DNA from: an uncultured Gammaproteobacteria bacterium | GTDB taxonomy: Bacteria; Pseudomonadota; Gammaproteobacteria; Thiohalobacterales; Thiohalobacteraceae | Direction of reading: 5' to 3' | Length of the DNA stretch: 64,000 nucleotides | NCBI GenBank assembly: GCA_964458835.1 | Contig: CAYWKV010000001.1 | Span: 19,130 to 83,129 of the forward strand | Position numbers and translations under genes: made by a program | Part shown: positions 36,347 to 44,490 of the stretch, piece by piece | Position numbering within the stretch: the first letter of the stretch is position 1 | Layout of the letters: each line of letters begins with the position of its first letter | The notes under the pieces: generated by a model | What the model was told of the DNA's origin: nothing | The model's input: the letters and a program-made list of their open reading frames with translations, nothing else | The model's database searches: none

Positions 36347-38200
36347 TTACGACTCCATCATGACGACCGGAATACGGCCTTTGACTGCTGGCCGGCCTGG
36401 GAAACGTGCGATGTATTCCAGATCCGGCATCATTCCCAGCATTTTGGGCGGCACCAAGTATTCCTGCAGATCAGTATGCTTTATTCCGTAAGAGGCATGA
36501 TAGTTCGTGACGTCCCGGTCTCCAGCGACCGGATTCACCGAGAACTGTTCCTGCGCGGACTGGAGTATCGTCTTGTCGAACTTCTCAACAATGTATTCAA
36601 TCGTCACATCGTCTGTAGACCGTCCCGCGATCAAACTGTTGGCATTACCAAGGAGTTGTCGGGCCGGCGCTTCCGAACCGTATTTTGCAATAAAGTCCGG
36701 TACAGTCTGCGTGAAGAAGAAACAGAGCAGGCCCGCGCCACGTCCTTTATTGAGAATCGACACCAGCGGTGGATTGACCACCTCATTGGCTTCGTCCAGC
36801 AATAGAATGACCTTTGGTTCGAGCTCATTACGGACAAACCGTTCGCCGAGCACCGCAGCCAGATCTGCAAGCAGAAGGCTGCCGATTGCGGCACTGACGG
36901 TCGCGTCTGGCATGGAGTGTAAGCCGACATACAGAACCTGGCCGGTGCGGACAATTCGACCAAGATCCAGGATAGGCCGCTCGTCTGACGCATCGTTATA
37001 GTCCGGTGACAGCAATGCGCCAAGCTCGTCGGATGTCAGCATTGATAGGATCGGTAGCAGAGTTGATATCATCTTGGTGAAATGCGCAGAATCATGCTCA
37101 TACATAGTGAGAAGACCATCGACCGCGAGGGATGGTGTCGTCTCTTGGAACTCACGCTTGTAGCAGAGGATCGCCGCGACCGTTTCAATCGGTGTGGTTG
37201 CTGCGCGCCCGCGGACCTTCTTTGCATCGGCGTGATGACGCTGTATCTGCGCATGCGCATCATGGCCTTTGGATTCAAGGAAAGCCTCGATAACACGACG
37301 GATCAGCGAGTCAGGCCCACCCTCGAGATAGCGACGGATCGAGATCAACTGCGGCCGCGCACCGACCTCAAGCATGCCCTGGATGATGTTGTTGATGGCC
37401 TGCCAGCCAAAGGCCTTGAAAGGCGCGCTCTCCGCCGATCCACCCATCATCTCAGCAACGCGGCTTGCCCCCTCCGTAGTCGTGGACCAGTTCTTCAGCA
37501 GATCCAGCCTGACCGAACGCTTCGCAAACGCCGGATGAAGATAGTTGAACTCATTCTCGCGTCCAGCGGCCTTGCACGCCCATTTCAATATCTGTAATAG
37601 CTCTGGGTCACCCTTCGGATCTAGCACAATGACGCACTGCTTGGGGTCACGTAGCACAGCCTGAAGGGCGAGCAATGATAGTAGACGGGTCTTTATCGCA
37701 CCGGTTGTGGCCGGTATAAAGGCGTGACCGGCCATGTCGCTCGTCTTTATGTATACGTCGTGCTCCTCAGGTTCCACACCGTGCACCAGCGGCGATCCCT
37801 TCGAGGGACCTTTACGGCGAAGCCACCGCATCCACGGCGAAATCAACCTCTCAGTTCCGATTTTCTCGAGATCGTAGAGCCGTTGTCTGTGCGACGTGGA
37901 CCAATCGAACCCGTACCCAAGCCAGAACTCATCCGGGTGTCCGCGCATCTTGGACTGCACCACTGCCGGAGTCACGACGCTGACCGGTTCTCCAAGCAGG
38001 GCAAGGCGTGCTTTCCAGATATCAAGTGCCTGGAAACCACGGTATATCCCATAGCCTGCCGTCGCGGCTGTGAGCAATGCACTCAGACTCGCAAGGAATG
38101 CGGAACCACCCAAGTGCAATGTCCACCCGGCAGCTGCAAGCCATGCCGCAGATGAATACGCCTCGTAGGCGTTGCGCCACTTTCGGTCATTGGCCATCAT
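36347..38200 (-). CDS. traD: type IV coupling protein TraD (SXT/IncA/C-like subfamily) with atypical Walker A
   Basis: N-terminal TM helices. P-loop region reads PATTGAIKTRL. Walker B ILLLDEANE. Typical size and position. Confidence 0.8.
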   Translation of the reverse strand: MMANDRKWRNAYEAYSSAAWLAAAGWTLHLGGSAFLASLSALLTAATAGYGIYRGFQALDIWKARLALLGEPVSVVTPAVVQSKMRGHPDEFWLGYGFDWSTSHRQRLYDLEKIGTERLISPWMRWLRRKGPSKGSPLVHGVEPEEHDVYIKTSDMAGHAFIPATTGAIKTRLLSLLALQAVLRDPKQCVIVLDPKGDPELLQILKWACKAAGRENEFNYLHPAFAKRSVRLDLLKNWSTTTEGASRVAEMMGGSAESAPFKAFGWQAINNIIQGMLEVGARPQLISIRRYLEGGPDSLIRRVIEAFLESKGHDAHAQIQRHHADAKKVRGRAATTPIETVAAILCYKREFQETTPSLAVDGLLTMYEHDSAHFTKMISTLLPILSMLTSDELGALLSPDYNDASDERPILDLGRIVRTGQVLYVGLHSMPDATVSAAIGSLLLADLAAVLGERFVRNELEPKVILLLDEANEVVNPPLVSILNKGRGAGLLCFFFTQTVPDFIAKYGSEAPARQLLGNANSLIAGRSTDDVTIEYIVEKFDKTILQSAQEQFSVNPVAGDRDVTNYHASYGIKHTDLQEYLVPPKMLGMMPDLEYIARFPGRPAVKGRIPVVMMES

Positions 38201-39818
38201 CGGCCTCTCTGAGGAGCTGCCGCGGTATCACCAAGGCCGTCACGTACCGACCTTCATAGGCCAGTTCATGTAACCAGGGGACATCCTTTTCTGATCCTTC
38301 TACCAAGCCTCCGACGTCCTTGAGAGCGCGCATGAACCCTTGAGGTGACGCACCTACGGCCCGTGCTGCATCCGGATATTTGAGTGCGCGTCCCTGTCCA
38401 CACCACCATGATAGCTGCGGGTCATTCAGGTCGAGAATTCGTTTCAGCGTCTCCCCTGCCTCACGCAACAAGGCTGGGGCCCTCAAAGCGAGGCGCGTCG
38501 CGGGTTTGTGTATCGCAGGCACACCCTGTGTCTCCTGCATCTGACGAGCCGCATGGGCGTCTTGTTCTCCTGAGAGGCTGACATCGGAGCAGGTACTTAC
38601 CGCATTGTCTTCCGTCGCTGGCACATCTGACAGAATGTCCCGGTCTATCTCCATCGTGTTGTCTTCTGTGGTTCCATGATTACCTTCCTCTGCGTAATAC
38701 ACTGCGTCCACCGGTGTACAGGTGTAGTAGAGTCCCAGACTTCGCACATCGATCAGCCGGAGGGCGGGTTGCACCACACCCGATATACCCCTCATATCGA
38801 TTACCAGCTCGTGCACGACGTCACCCTTTTCAGTGGGCACGATGATCTCTGCCTCCAAGAGCAAACGCGCGATCAACGCCGGATCTTCGGGTATTCCCAT
38901 CATCCGCTGCGTTGATGCCCATGTAAGGATGCTACGCACTGCCGTCGGCCAAACGATAAATACCCCGAGATTGGTTATCCGCAGTGGCGAGTCGGATACG
39001 TTGGGCCTCCAGTTAGCTGCGGCACCCCGGAGCGCATCGATCACATGCTGGGTGAGGTTGTCAGCGGCTTGGCCTCTCACCGTACCGACCACATTCGTCA
39101 CATCCTCCTGTATCGCTGTTGAGAATGCCCAATGTACGACGTCATAGAGCCGGTCACCCGCCGATGAAACACCCGCCAGAACACTGGTCCATTCATCGAC
39201 GACTTCCGGATAGTGGGCTGCGATGAAGGTCAACGCTTCTTCGGGTACCAGGCGGGATGCCATGCATAGACGAACGGCGTCTTCCGTGACAGCCGTCTCT
39301 GATACGGCCCGGAATCGAACTTGATATTCTTGTGAACCCTGACTATCGAGCCAGAATCCTAACGAGGCGACTTGCGGGCGCCAACACCGCCCCTGAATGT
39401 GCACCTCGGCGCGTGCAAGCGCACCCAGCGGATATACGAGACCTGCCAAAAGCGCCGCATATCGCCATGCCCGTTCGGCCAATGACCGGTCCTCTGCATG
39501 AAGATGTGCTGATACAACAAACCCGTGGGCTTTTCGTTGGGAGAGATAGGCCACCCGTAGAGCGAATGCCAGCATCCCACCCGGCTGTCTGTAGTGACCA
39601 TACAGGCTTGCCGGAAGAGCCTGAACATAGTCAGCGAGCATTTCGATAACGTTATCGAACATCTCCGGCTGATGTGCCGGGCCGAAATCGATCTCGCGGC
39701 GGAGTTGATTGACGAAGGGTTTGAATGCTTCCAGCAAGCAGGTACCGGGCACGCGAAACCAGCGTCCGTCAACAAAGAAGGCCTTCTTGTTTGCGGAGGG
39801 CATGAGTCGCTTGAACAT
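38187..39818 (-). CDS. traI: MOBH-type relaxase-like TraI
   Basis: ADYVQALPASLYGHYRQPGGMLAFALRVA is collinear with the LPASxxHH...GGLxxHxLEV block of MOBH/TraI proteins. The C-terminal TraI_2_C-like tail is present. Start set at MFKRL. Confidence 0.7.
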   Translation of the reverse strand: MFKRLMPSANKKAFFVDGRWFRVPGTCLLEAFKPFVNQLRREIDFGPAHQPEMFDNVIEMLADYVQALPASLYGHYRQPGGMLAFALRVAYLSQRKAHGFVVSAHLHAEDRSLAERAWRYAALLAGLVYPLGALARAEVHIQGRCWRPQVASLGFWLDSQGSQEYQVRFRAVSETAVTEDAVRLCMASRLVPEEALTFIAAHYPEVVDEWTSVLAGVSSAGDRLYDVVHWAFSTAIQEDVTNVVGTVRGQAADNLTQHVIDALRGAAANWRPNVSDSPLRITNLGVFIVWPTAVRSILTWASTQRMMGIPEDPALIARLLLEAEIIVPTEKGDVVHELVIDMRGISGVVQPALRLIDVRSLGLYYTCTPVDAVYYAEEGNHGTTEDNTMEIDRDILSDVPATEDNAVSTCSDVSLSGEQDAHAARQMQETQGVPAIHKPATRLALRAPALLREAGETLKRILDLNDPQLSWWCGQGRALKYPDAARAVGASPQGFMRALKDVGGLVEGSEKDVPWLHELAYEGRYVTALVIPRQLLREADDGQ

Positions 39819-39920
39819 ACAGCCCAATCTACGGGGCGATAGAGACACAAAAAAGCGCCAGTTGACTATTTTTGGCACCGCGCGATTGTATTTTTTTGGT
39901 ACAGGGGCCAACTTCCGAGG

Positions 39921-40532
39921 CTAGAACAGTGAACCGCTTTGTGTTCGCTTCCGCTGGGCCTTTCTTATCCTTTTTGCTCTACGGCTGGCCTGTTCTCGGC
40001 AGGTATCTGAGCAGTAAGCGCGTGGTCGGCCCCGACCCTCCTGTGGTGGCAACGGCCCGCCACACTCAGCACAGCGACATATAGTTGCCTGACGGCATAA
40101 TGGGCAAAGCCGTTCACGATTCAGTGCGCGGAATAATGTGGTGCATTCTGTACAACGTTCGAGATGTGTCGATCCCAACCGGTAGAGTTTGATGGCCGCA
40201 TAACAGGCATCCCAACTTAAGACGGGAGTCTCTGACTGCCGTTGATAGACGGAGATCGCCCTGACAACCCGCTCGATTCCGCGATAATCAACGAGGCGAT
40301 TGTATATCTCGATTACTGCTGCAACGGCAGCGATGTTCTCCCGCTGCTCAAGGCGTTCAGCCCAGTTTTCGTCATTCCAGCGTTGAAGTGTGGACGGGAT
40401 TGTAATGTGGAGCTTGGTGCACCAGACCTGCAGTGTTTTCCTGTATGGGAGCCCGAAAAGGTCCTGAACCGCGATGCTGGTCCCGCCCCAGAGTGCGATT
40501 TCGCGTAGTAGGTCTGCATGCCGTGGATCCAT
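39921..40532 (-). CDS. zinc-ribbon protein, possibly an FlhC/SetC/AcaC-like transcriptional activator
   Basis: Helical N-domain, then CTEC-12 aa-CPLC (FlhC has CxxC-16 aa-CxxC), extra CRCAEC and a basic tail. Located directly upstream of traI. Confidence 0.35.
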   Translation of the reverse strand: MDPRHADLLREIALWGGTSIAVQDLFGLPYRKTLQVWCTKLHITIPSTLQRWNDENWAERLEQRENIAAVAAVIEIYNRLVDYRGIERVVRAISVYQRQSETPVLSWDACYAAIKLYRLGSTHLERCTECTTLFRALNRERLCPLCRQATICRCAECGGPLPPQEGRGRPRAYCSDTCREQASRRAKRIRKAQRKRTQSGSLF

Positions 40533-40541
40533 AGTCCATAC

Positions 40542-41129
40542 CTACCCTTCGAGTGTGCTCAGCCACAGCGAAGGTCCAAGACGGGTCTCTACATTGGGCA
40601 CCACGGATTCGATGCGGCTGCGCCACCATTCAACCTGGTTTGCTCGCTGGAAGACGACCGGCACTCGGCTGGCCCACGCCTCAACCACGTCACGAGTCAC
40701 CAACTGAAGTGAATTCATGCGAACGTACGAAAGCCCTGTAATCAGGGTCGCGATATCCGCGTCCAGTGCGTGCACATAGAGAATCGTCTGCGCAAGATGT
40801 TCGACGTGACTGCACAACCGCCGTGCTCTGGTAGCGTCCTGCTTTGGCAGCTTATCGGGACTGTCCAGACAGTCCCAATGTTCTGGCAGAATTTTCAGTA
40901 TCGGCTGGAGCGACGATGCCAAGGCGTCGTTGAAGTCCTGGGAACTGTGTGCGATGAGCTGGCTGAGAACGGTTGACCCACTGACATCGCCGGCGACGAT
41001 GGCCCCCTCTCGCAGGTCATCCAATACCGCGTGGTTCCACTCAGCTAACCGGAGACGGCAGGTCGCCGCCCGATTACGGGCTTCCTCCTTCCACCGGACG
41101 AGATCGAGATTTGGTCTCATTGTTATCAC
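40542..41129 (-). CDS. hypothetical protein, first gene of the activator-traI transcription unit
   Basis: 195-aa helical protein. It occupies the partner (FlhD-like) position, but sequence similarity is not evident. Confidence 0.45.
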   Translation of the reverse strand: MITMRPNLDLVRWKEEARNRAATCRLRLAEWNHAVLDDLREGAIVAGDVSGSTVLSQLIAHSSQDFNDALASSLQPILKILPEHWDCLDSPDKLPKQDATRARRLCSHVEHLAQTILYVHALDADIATLITGLSYVRMNSLQLVTRDVVEAWASRVPVVFQRANQVEWWRSRIESVVPNVETRLGPSLWLSTLEG

Positions 41130-41146
41130 CCCGATTGAGCATATGT

Positions 41147-41284
41147 CAGGGACTATTCTTTCCGGTGAATAGGGATGCTGTCAATATCTAGACGGGGACT
41201 AAGTCCCTATCTAGTTGCAGGTGAGAGATCTCAACGAGTAGGGATAAGTTCCATGTTGGATATGTGATATTCTCTTACATATCC
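41147..41284. promoter_or_regulatory. operator-rich AT-rich divergent promoter region
   Basis: Five TAGGGAYW half-sites (41147, 41169, 41194, 41200-41210 inverted, 41238). These include the imperfect 13-bp inverted repeat CTAGACGGGGACT-A-AGTCCCTATCTAG (41188-41214). There is also the inverted repeat GGATATGT-11 nt-ACATATCC (41258-41284). Confidence 0.55.
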
Positions 41285-41387
41285 GGGAGTTCGGTCGATT
41301 ATGATCTGGACAGTACCACGCCGAGCAGGCCACAACATATTGTTTGTATTAATTATTTAGTCTACTGCCTGCCATTCTTACCAGTGA

Positions 41388-42086
41388 ATGCCGAATACAC
41401 GTCGTCCAATTGACTTTCTGAGCCCTATGACCGACCCATCGACATCCCGGCCAAGAGTCTTCCTCTGCGATGACCATGTCATCATCCGCAAGGGTCTACG
41501 GGATCTTCTGGCACAACAGGATATCCAGGTTGTCGGCGAGGCGGACTCACTGGCAATGGCCTTTGAGCAATGCGAGGACGCAGCCCCAGATGTCGTAATT
41601 CTTGACCTCAACATGGACGAAGATTATGGCATTCACACGTTAGATCGATTCATTGAACGCTTCCCTCGGCTGAGCGTGGTGGTTTTCAGCATGCGCGAGT
41701 CGATCTACACCATCGCCGCGGCATATGATGCCGGCGCGAAGGGGTATGTGACCAAGGCTGCGAGTCCACACGTCCTGCTAACAGCAATACGGGAAGTCGC
41801 TGCAGGCAACACCTTCTTCATGCCTGGGATGGCGGAAAAGATCCTTGTCTACAAGGCCAATGAGCAGAAAGACGTCGACCCGACCAAGGCACTGACCAAA
41901 TCGCAACTCAACGTATTCCGTATGATGGCGGAAGGCAAGTCCTATGATGAAATCGGCGCTATCTTGGGGCAATCAGGCAAGGCGATCGAGAACCGAGCCG
42001 TGCGGATCCGCAAGCGGCTCAATATCGGGCAAGGCGACCTCAAGCTGCTTGCGGTCAAATTCGGCATAATTCGACTCGATTTGTAA
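41388..42086 (+). CDS. NarL/FixJ-type response regulator (REC + LuxR HTH)
   Basis: DD...ILDLNM (Asp)...VFSM...YVTKA receiver residues. C-terminal LTKSQLNVFRMMAEGKSYDEIGAILGQSGKAIENRAVRIRKRL. Confidence 0.85.
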   Translation: MPNTRRPIDFLSPMTDPSTSRPRVFLCDDHVIIRKGLRDLLAQQDIQVVGEADSLAMAFEQCEDAAPDVVILDLNMDEDYGIHTLDRFIERFPRLSVVVFSMRESIYTIAAAYDAGAKGYVTKAASPHVLLTAIREVAAGNTFFMPGMAEKILVYKANEQKDVDPTKALTKSQLNVFRMMAEGKSYDEIGAILGQSGKAIENRAVRIRKRLNIGQGDLKLLAVKFGIIRLDL

Positions 42087-42087
42087 C

Positions 42088-43167
42088 GTGCAACTCACTC
42101 TCCCTAATGTCCCTCATACCAACGCGCACCTCCTTGTCATCGACGACGACATCGGGTTCCGAAGCGTACTGAGTGAGATACTAAAGAATCAGGGATATCA
42201 TGTTGTCACCGCCAAGGACTGTAGTGAGGCCAAGTCGCTTGCGCGCACCCAGCGCTTTGATCTTGCGCTGATGGATATCAACCTGCCTGATGGCTCGGGG
42301 CTCGATCTCTCAAGAGAGCTCTCTACGCTACCAGTGCTTTTCATAACCCAACACGATGAACAGGCTGCCATCGACAAAGCGATCGCTACAGGTAATGCCC
42401 GGCACAACATCATTGCGTATTTAACTAAGCCGCTGGATTTTGCCACTATCGAACCTACGATCCGTGTGAGTGTCGCGCTCGGTCGTGCACTGACGGAGCG
42501 CCTCAATCTGCATAAGACCGCTGCGCATGTCGTAGAACAACAAAAGCGACGCCTTGCCCGAGAAATCCATGACGAGCTTGGCCAGACGCTGGTCGGCGTA
42601 CGCTGGGAGGCAGCGGCCATACAACAGGCATTATCAGGCGATAACGCCCACGCCGATCTGGCCCGTCGTGCCGCCAGTATCCTTGAGTTTGTCAGCGCGT
42701 TGCAGTTAGGTGTCCAGCGCATCATTGAGGATCTGCACCCAGAAGTACTGGAAACACGCGGCTTGGTGGAGGCGCTCACAGCCCTGGTTGACGGTTGGAA
42801 CCAACGGATCCCCGATTGCCAGTTCATGTTCCAGTATGCTGACAAAGCGGCGCTGAACCAATTCGATATCGATTATGCCAGTATCGTTTACCGCATCATT
42901 CAAGAAGGCCTGACGAATATCGTCAAGCATGCGAATGCAAACACCGTAGAGGTCGTTCTTGATGTTATCCCGGGGCACATAACGTCAGTCAGAGGATCCA
43001 TCGTGGATAATGGTGTTGGCTTTGATACGGATGCGGTAAGCCCGCAACGGCATGGTCTGATCGGAATGCGTGAGCGTGTCGCTGCTCTAGCTGGCACGCT
43101 GCACGTCGAGAGTCACCCAGGTCACGGTACCCGGATTGTTTTCACGATACCGGTGCAACCGCAGTGA
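42088..43167 (+). CDS. soluble REC-HisKA_3-HATPase hybrid histidine kinase
   Basis: N-terminal receiver (LALMDINLPDG, YLTKPLD). H-box REIHDELGQ. N-box EGLTNIVKHANA. DNGVGF and GLIGMRERV. No TM or sensor domain. Confidence 0.85.
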   Translation: MQLTLPNVPHTNAHLLVIDDDIGFRSVLSEILKNQGYHVVTAKDCSEAKSLARTQRFDLALMDINLPDGSGLDLSRELSTLPVLFITQHDEQAAIDKAIATGNARHNIIAYLTKPLDFATIEPTIRVSVALGRALTERLNLHKTAAHVVEQQKRRLAREIHDELGQTLVGVRWEAAAIQQALSGDNAHADLARRAASILEFVSALQLGVQRIIEDLHPEVLETRGLVEALTALVDGWNQRIPDCQFMFQYADKAALNQFDIDYASIVYRIIQEGLTNIVKHANANTVEVVLDVIPGHITSVRGSIVDNGVGFDTDAVSPQRHGLIGMRERVAALAGTLHVESHPGHGTRIVFTIPVQPQ

Positions 43168-43180
43168 TTTGCGCGAGTAA

Positions 43181-43558
43181 TCAGCGCTGACTATCTGTGC
43201 CGCTCTCCCCGAGCTCGACCAGTATCCCCCGGATTTCTGTGTCAGTGCGCCTAAAGTTCTCCTGAAGACGCTTACACTGGTCTTCCGCATCCTCGGCAAC
43301 AATCCAACCCGATTCCTTGCAAGCATCGGCAACAATGATCGCACCGTAGGTGTCCATGGAGCCCTTGATCCGGTGAAGGATGTCCCGCCCACTGGCCTGA
43401 TCCCTGTCTGAGACGGACTGTGAAAGAGCCCGTAACAGGTCCTCGACCTGTGCGACCACCTCATCCCATGTAGTGAGTAACATGGCTGGGCTGCACCCCA
43501 TCGAGACCAATGCCTGTAGCTGCGCGCGATTGATCAGAGAGCCATTATGCTCGCCCAT
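43181..43558 (-). CDS. Hpt (histidine phosphotransfer) domain protein
   Basis: ILHRIKGSMDTYGA matches HxxKGSxxxxGA. Confidence 0.75.
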   Translation of the reverse strand: MGEHNGSLINRAQLQALVSMGCSPAMLLTTWDEVVAQVEDLLRALSQSVSDRDQASGRDILHRIKGSMDTYGAIIVADACKESGWIVAEDAEDQCKRLQENFRRTDTEIRGILVELGESGTDSQR

Positions 43559-43573
43559 ATACCGACCATTCCG

Positions 43574-43834
43574 CTATTTGCGCTTGAAGGGGATGACTGT
43601 GCCGCGCTGTTGTGAGGCGGTATCAGCGCCTACGCGTCGTGCCACCTTCACCTGTGCGGGCAACAAAGGGCGAAATCCCTGTGCAATCGACCGCAAAGCA
43701 GCTTCTTGGCCGTAATGTTCTAGCCAAAGCCAGGGCGCTTCGAGGAATTTATCCAGCGCCAGACCCTCCTGCTCCAAGCGGCACGCTTGGTAGACGCTCG
43801 TCCAGCGGTCTTGGTGAGACTGTGTTTGTGCCAT
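43574..43834 (-). CDS. hypothetical small protein
   Basis: ATG (MAQTQSH) after AAAGGAGG. Has its own sigma-70-like promoter. Confidence 0.45.
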   Translation of the reverse strand: MAQTQSHQDRWTSVYQACRLEQEGLALDKFLEAPWLWLEHYGQEAALRSIAQGFRPLLPAQVKVARRVGADTASQQRGTVIPFKRK

Positions 43835-43865
43835 TGCTGCCTCCTTTTTGTATGAGTTCACTGCC

Positions 43866-43894
43866 AGTATAGGCATCAAAATTGCGGTTCCCAA
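43866..43894 (-). promoter_or_regulatory. sigma-70-like promoter TTGGGA-17 nt-TATACT
   Basis: Read on the minus strand, the -35 is at 43894-43889 and the -10 at 43871-43866. Confidence 0.45.
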
Positions 43895-43923
43895 GGGCTC
43901 CCCAAAAAACTGCGTGCCGAGGT

Positions 43924-43952
43924 AAAAAAATCCCTCGCCATGCGGCGAGGGA
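43924..43952 (-). terminator. Rho-independent terminator ending the vWA operon
   Basis: The minus strand reads TCCCTCGCC-GCAT-GGCGAGGGA followed by TTTTTTT. It lies 17 nt after the stop at 43969. Confidence 0.7.
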
Positions 43953-43968
43953 TAAGATTTAGCGAGTA

Positions 43969-44403
43969 CTACGCTGCGGATGCCATGACCTCGGTCAGCA
44001 TAACGTCCGCAACATCCAGCCCTTCCGGTGTGGCCAATACCCGTTCAGAGAGCGCGCGTATGGCGTACCTAAGTGTCGCTGCATCGATTGCTGGATCTAT
44101 CGCAGTGACACAAACCCGGAATGAAAACGGCGACTTCTCATCGCGTTCAATCCAACGCCATATTTCTTCGCGAGTCCGCTTGGACGTCCTGTTGTCACAT
44201 ATATCGCGGAATGACGCATAGAGTAATGACTCACGCAAAGTCGCAATCGCGCTATCCGACCACGTATACAGCGCCTCGTGATCAGGATGCGCGATGGGAA
44301 GCTGTGGCTGGATTTGCCACGCCTCCTCTTCTACCCGCTGCCGAGATCGTCTCTCGGCAACTGCCGGCCCAGCCGGCATTTGAAACATCGCCAACTGTTC
44401 CAT
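43969..44403 (-). CDS. hypothetical protein
   Basis: Start set at MEQLAMF after AGAGGGG. Last gene of the vWA operon. Confidence 0.45.
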   Translation of the reverse strand: MEQLAMFQMPAGPAVAERRSRQRVEEEAWQIQPQLPIAHPDHEALYTWSDSAIATLRESLLYASFRDICDNRTSKRTREEIWRWIERDEKSPFSFRVCVTAIDPAIDAATLRYAIRALSERVLATPEGLDVADVMLTEVMASAA

Positions 44404-44490
44404 GAAGTACCCCTCTAAGTTCGAGGGGCGCCTCTGCCCCGCAGGGGCCAGAGACGCACCCCTGCGAGACAACACAAGGACTCTGCGCGA

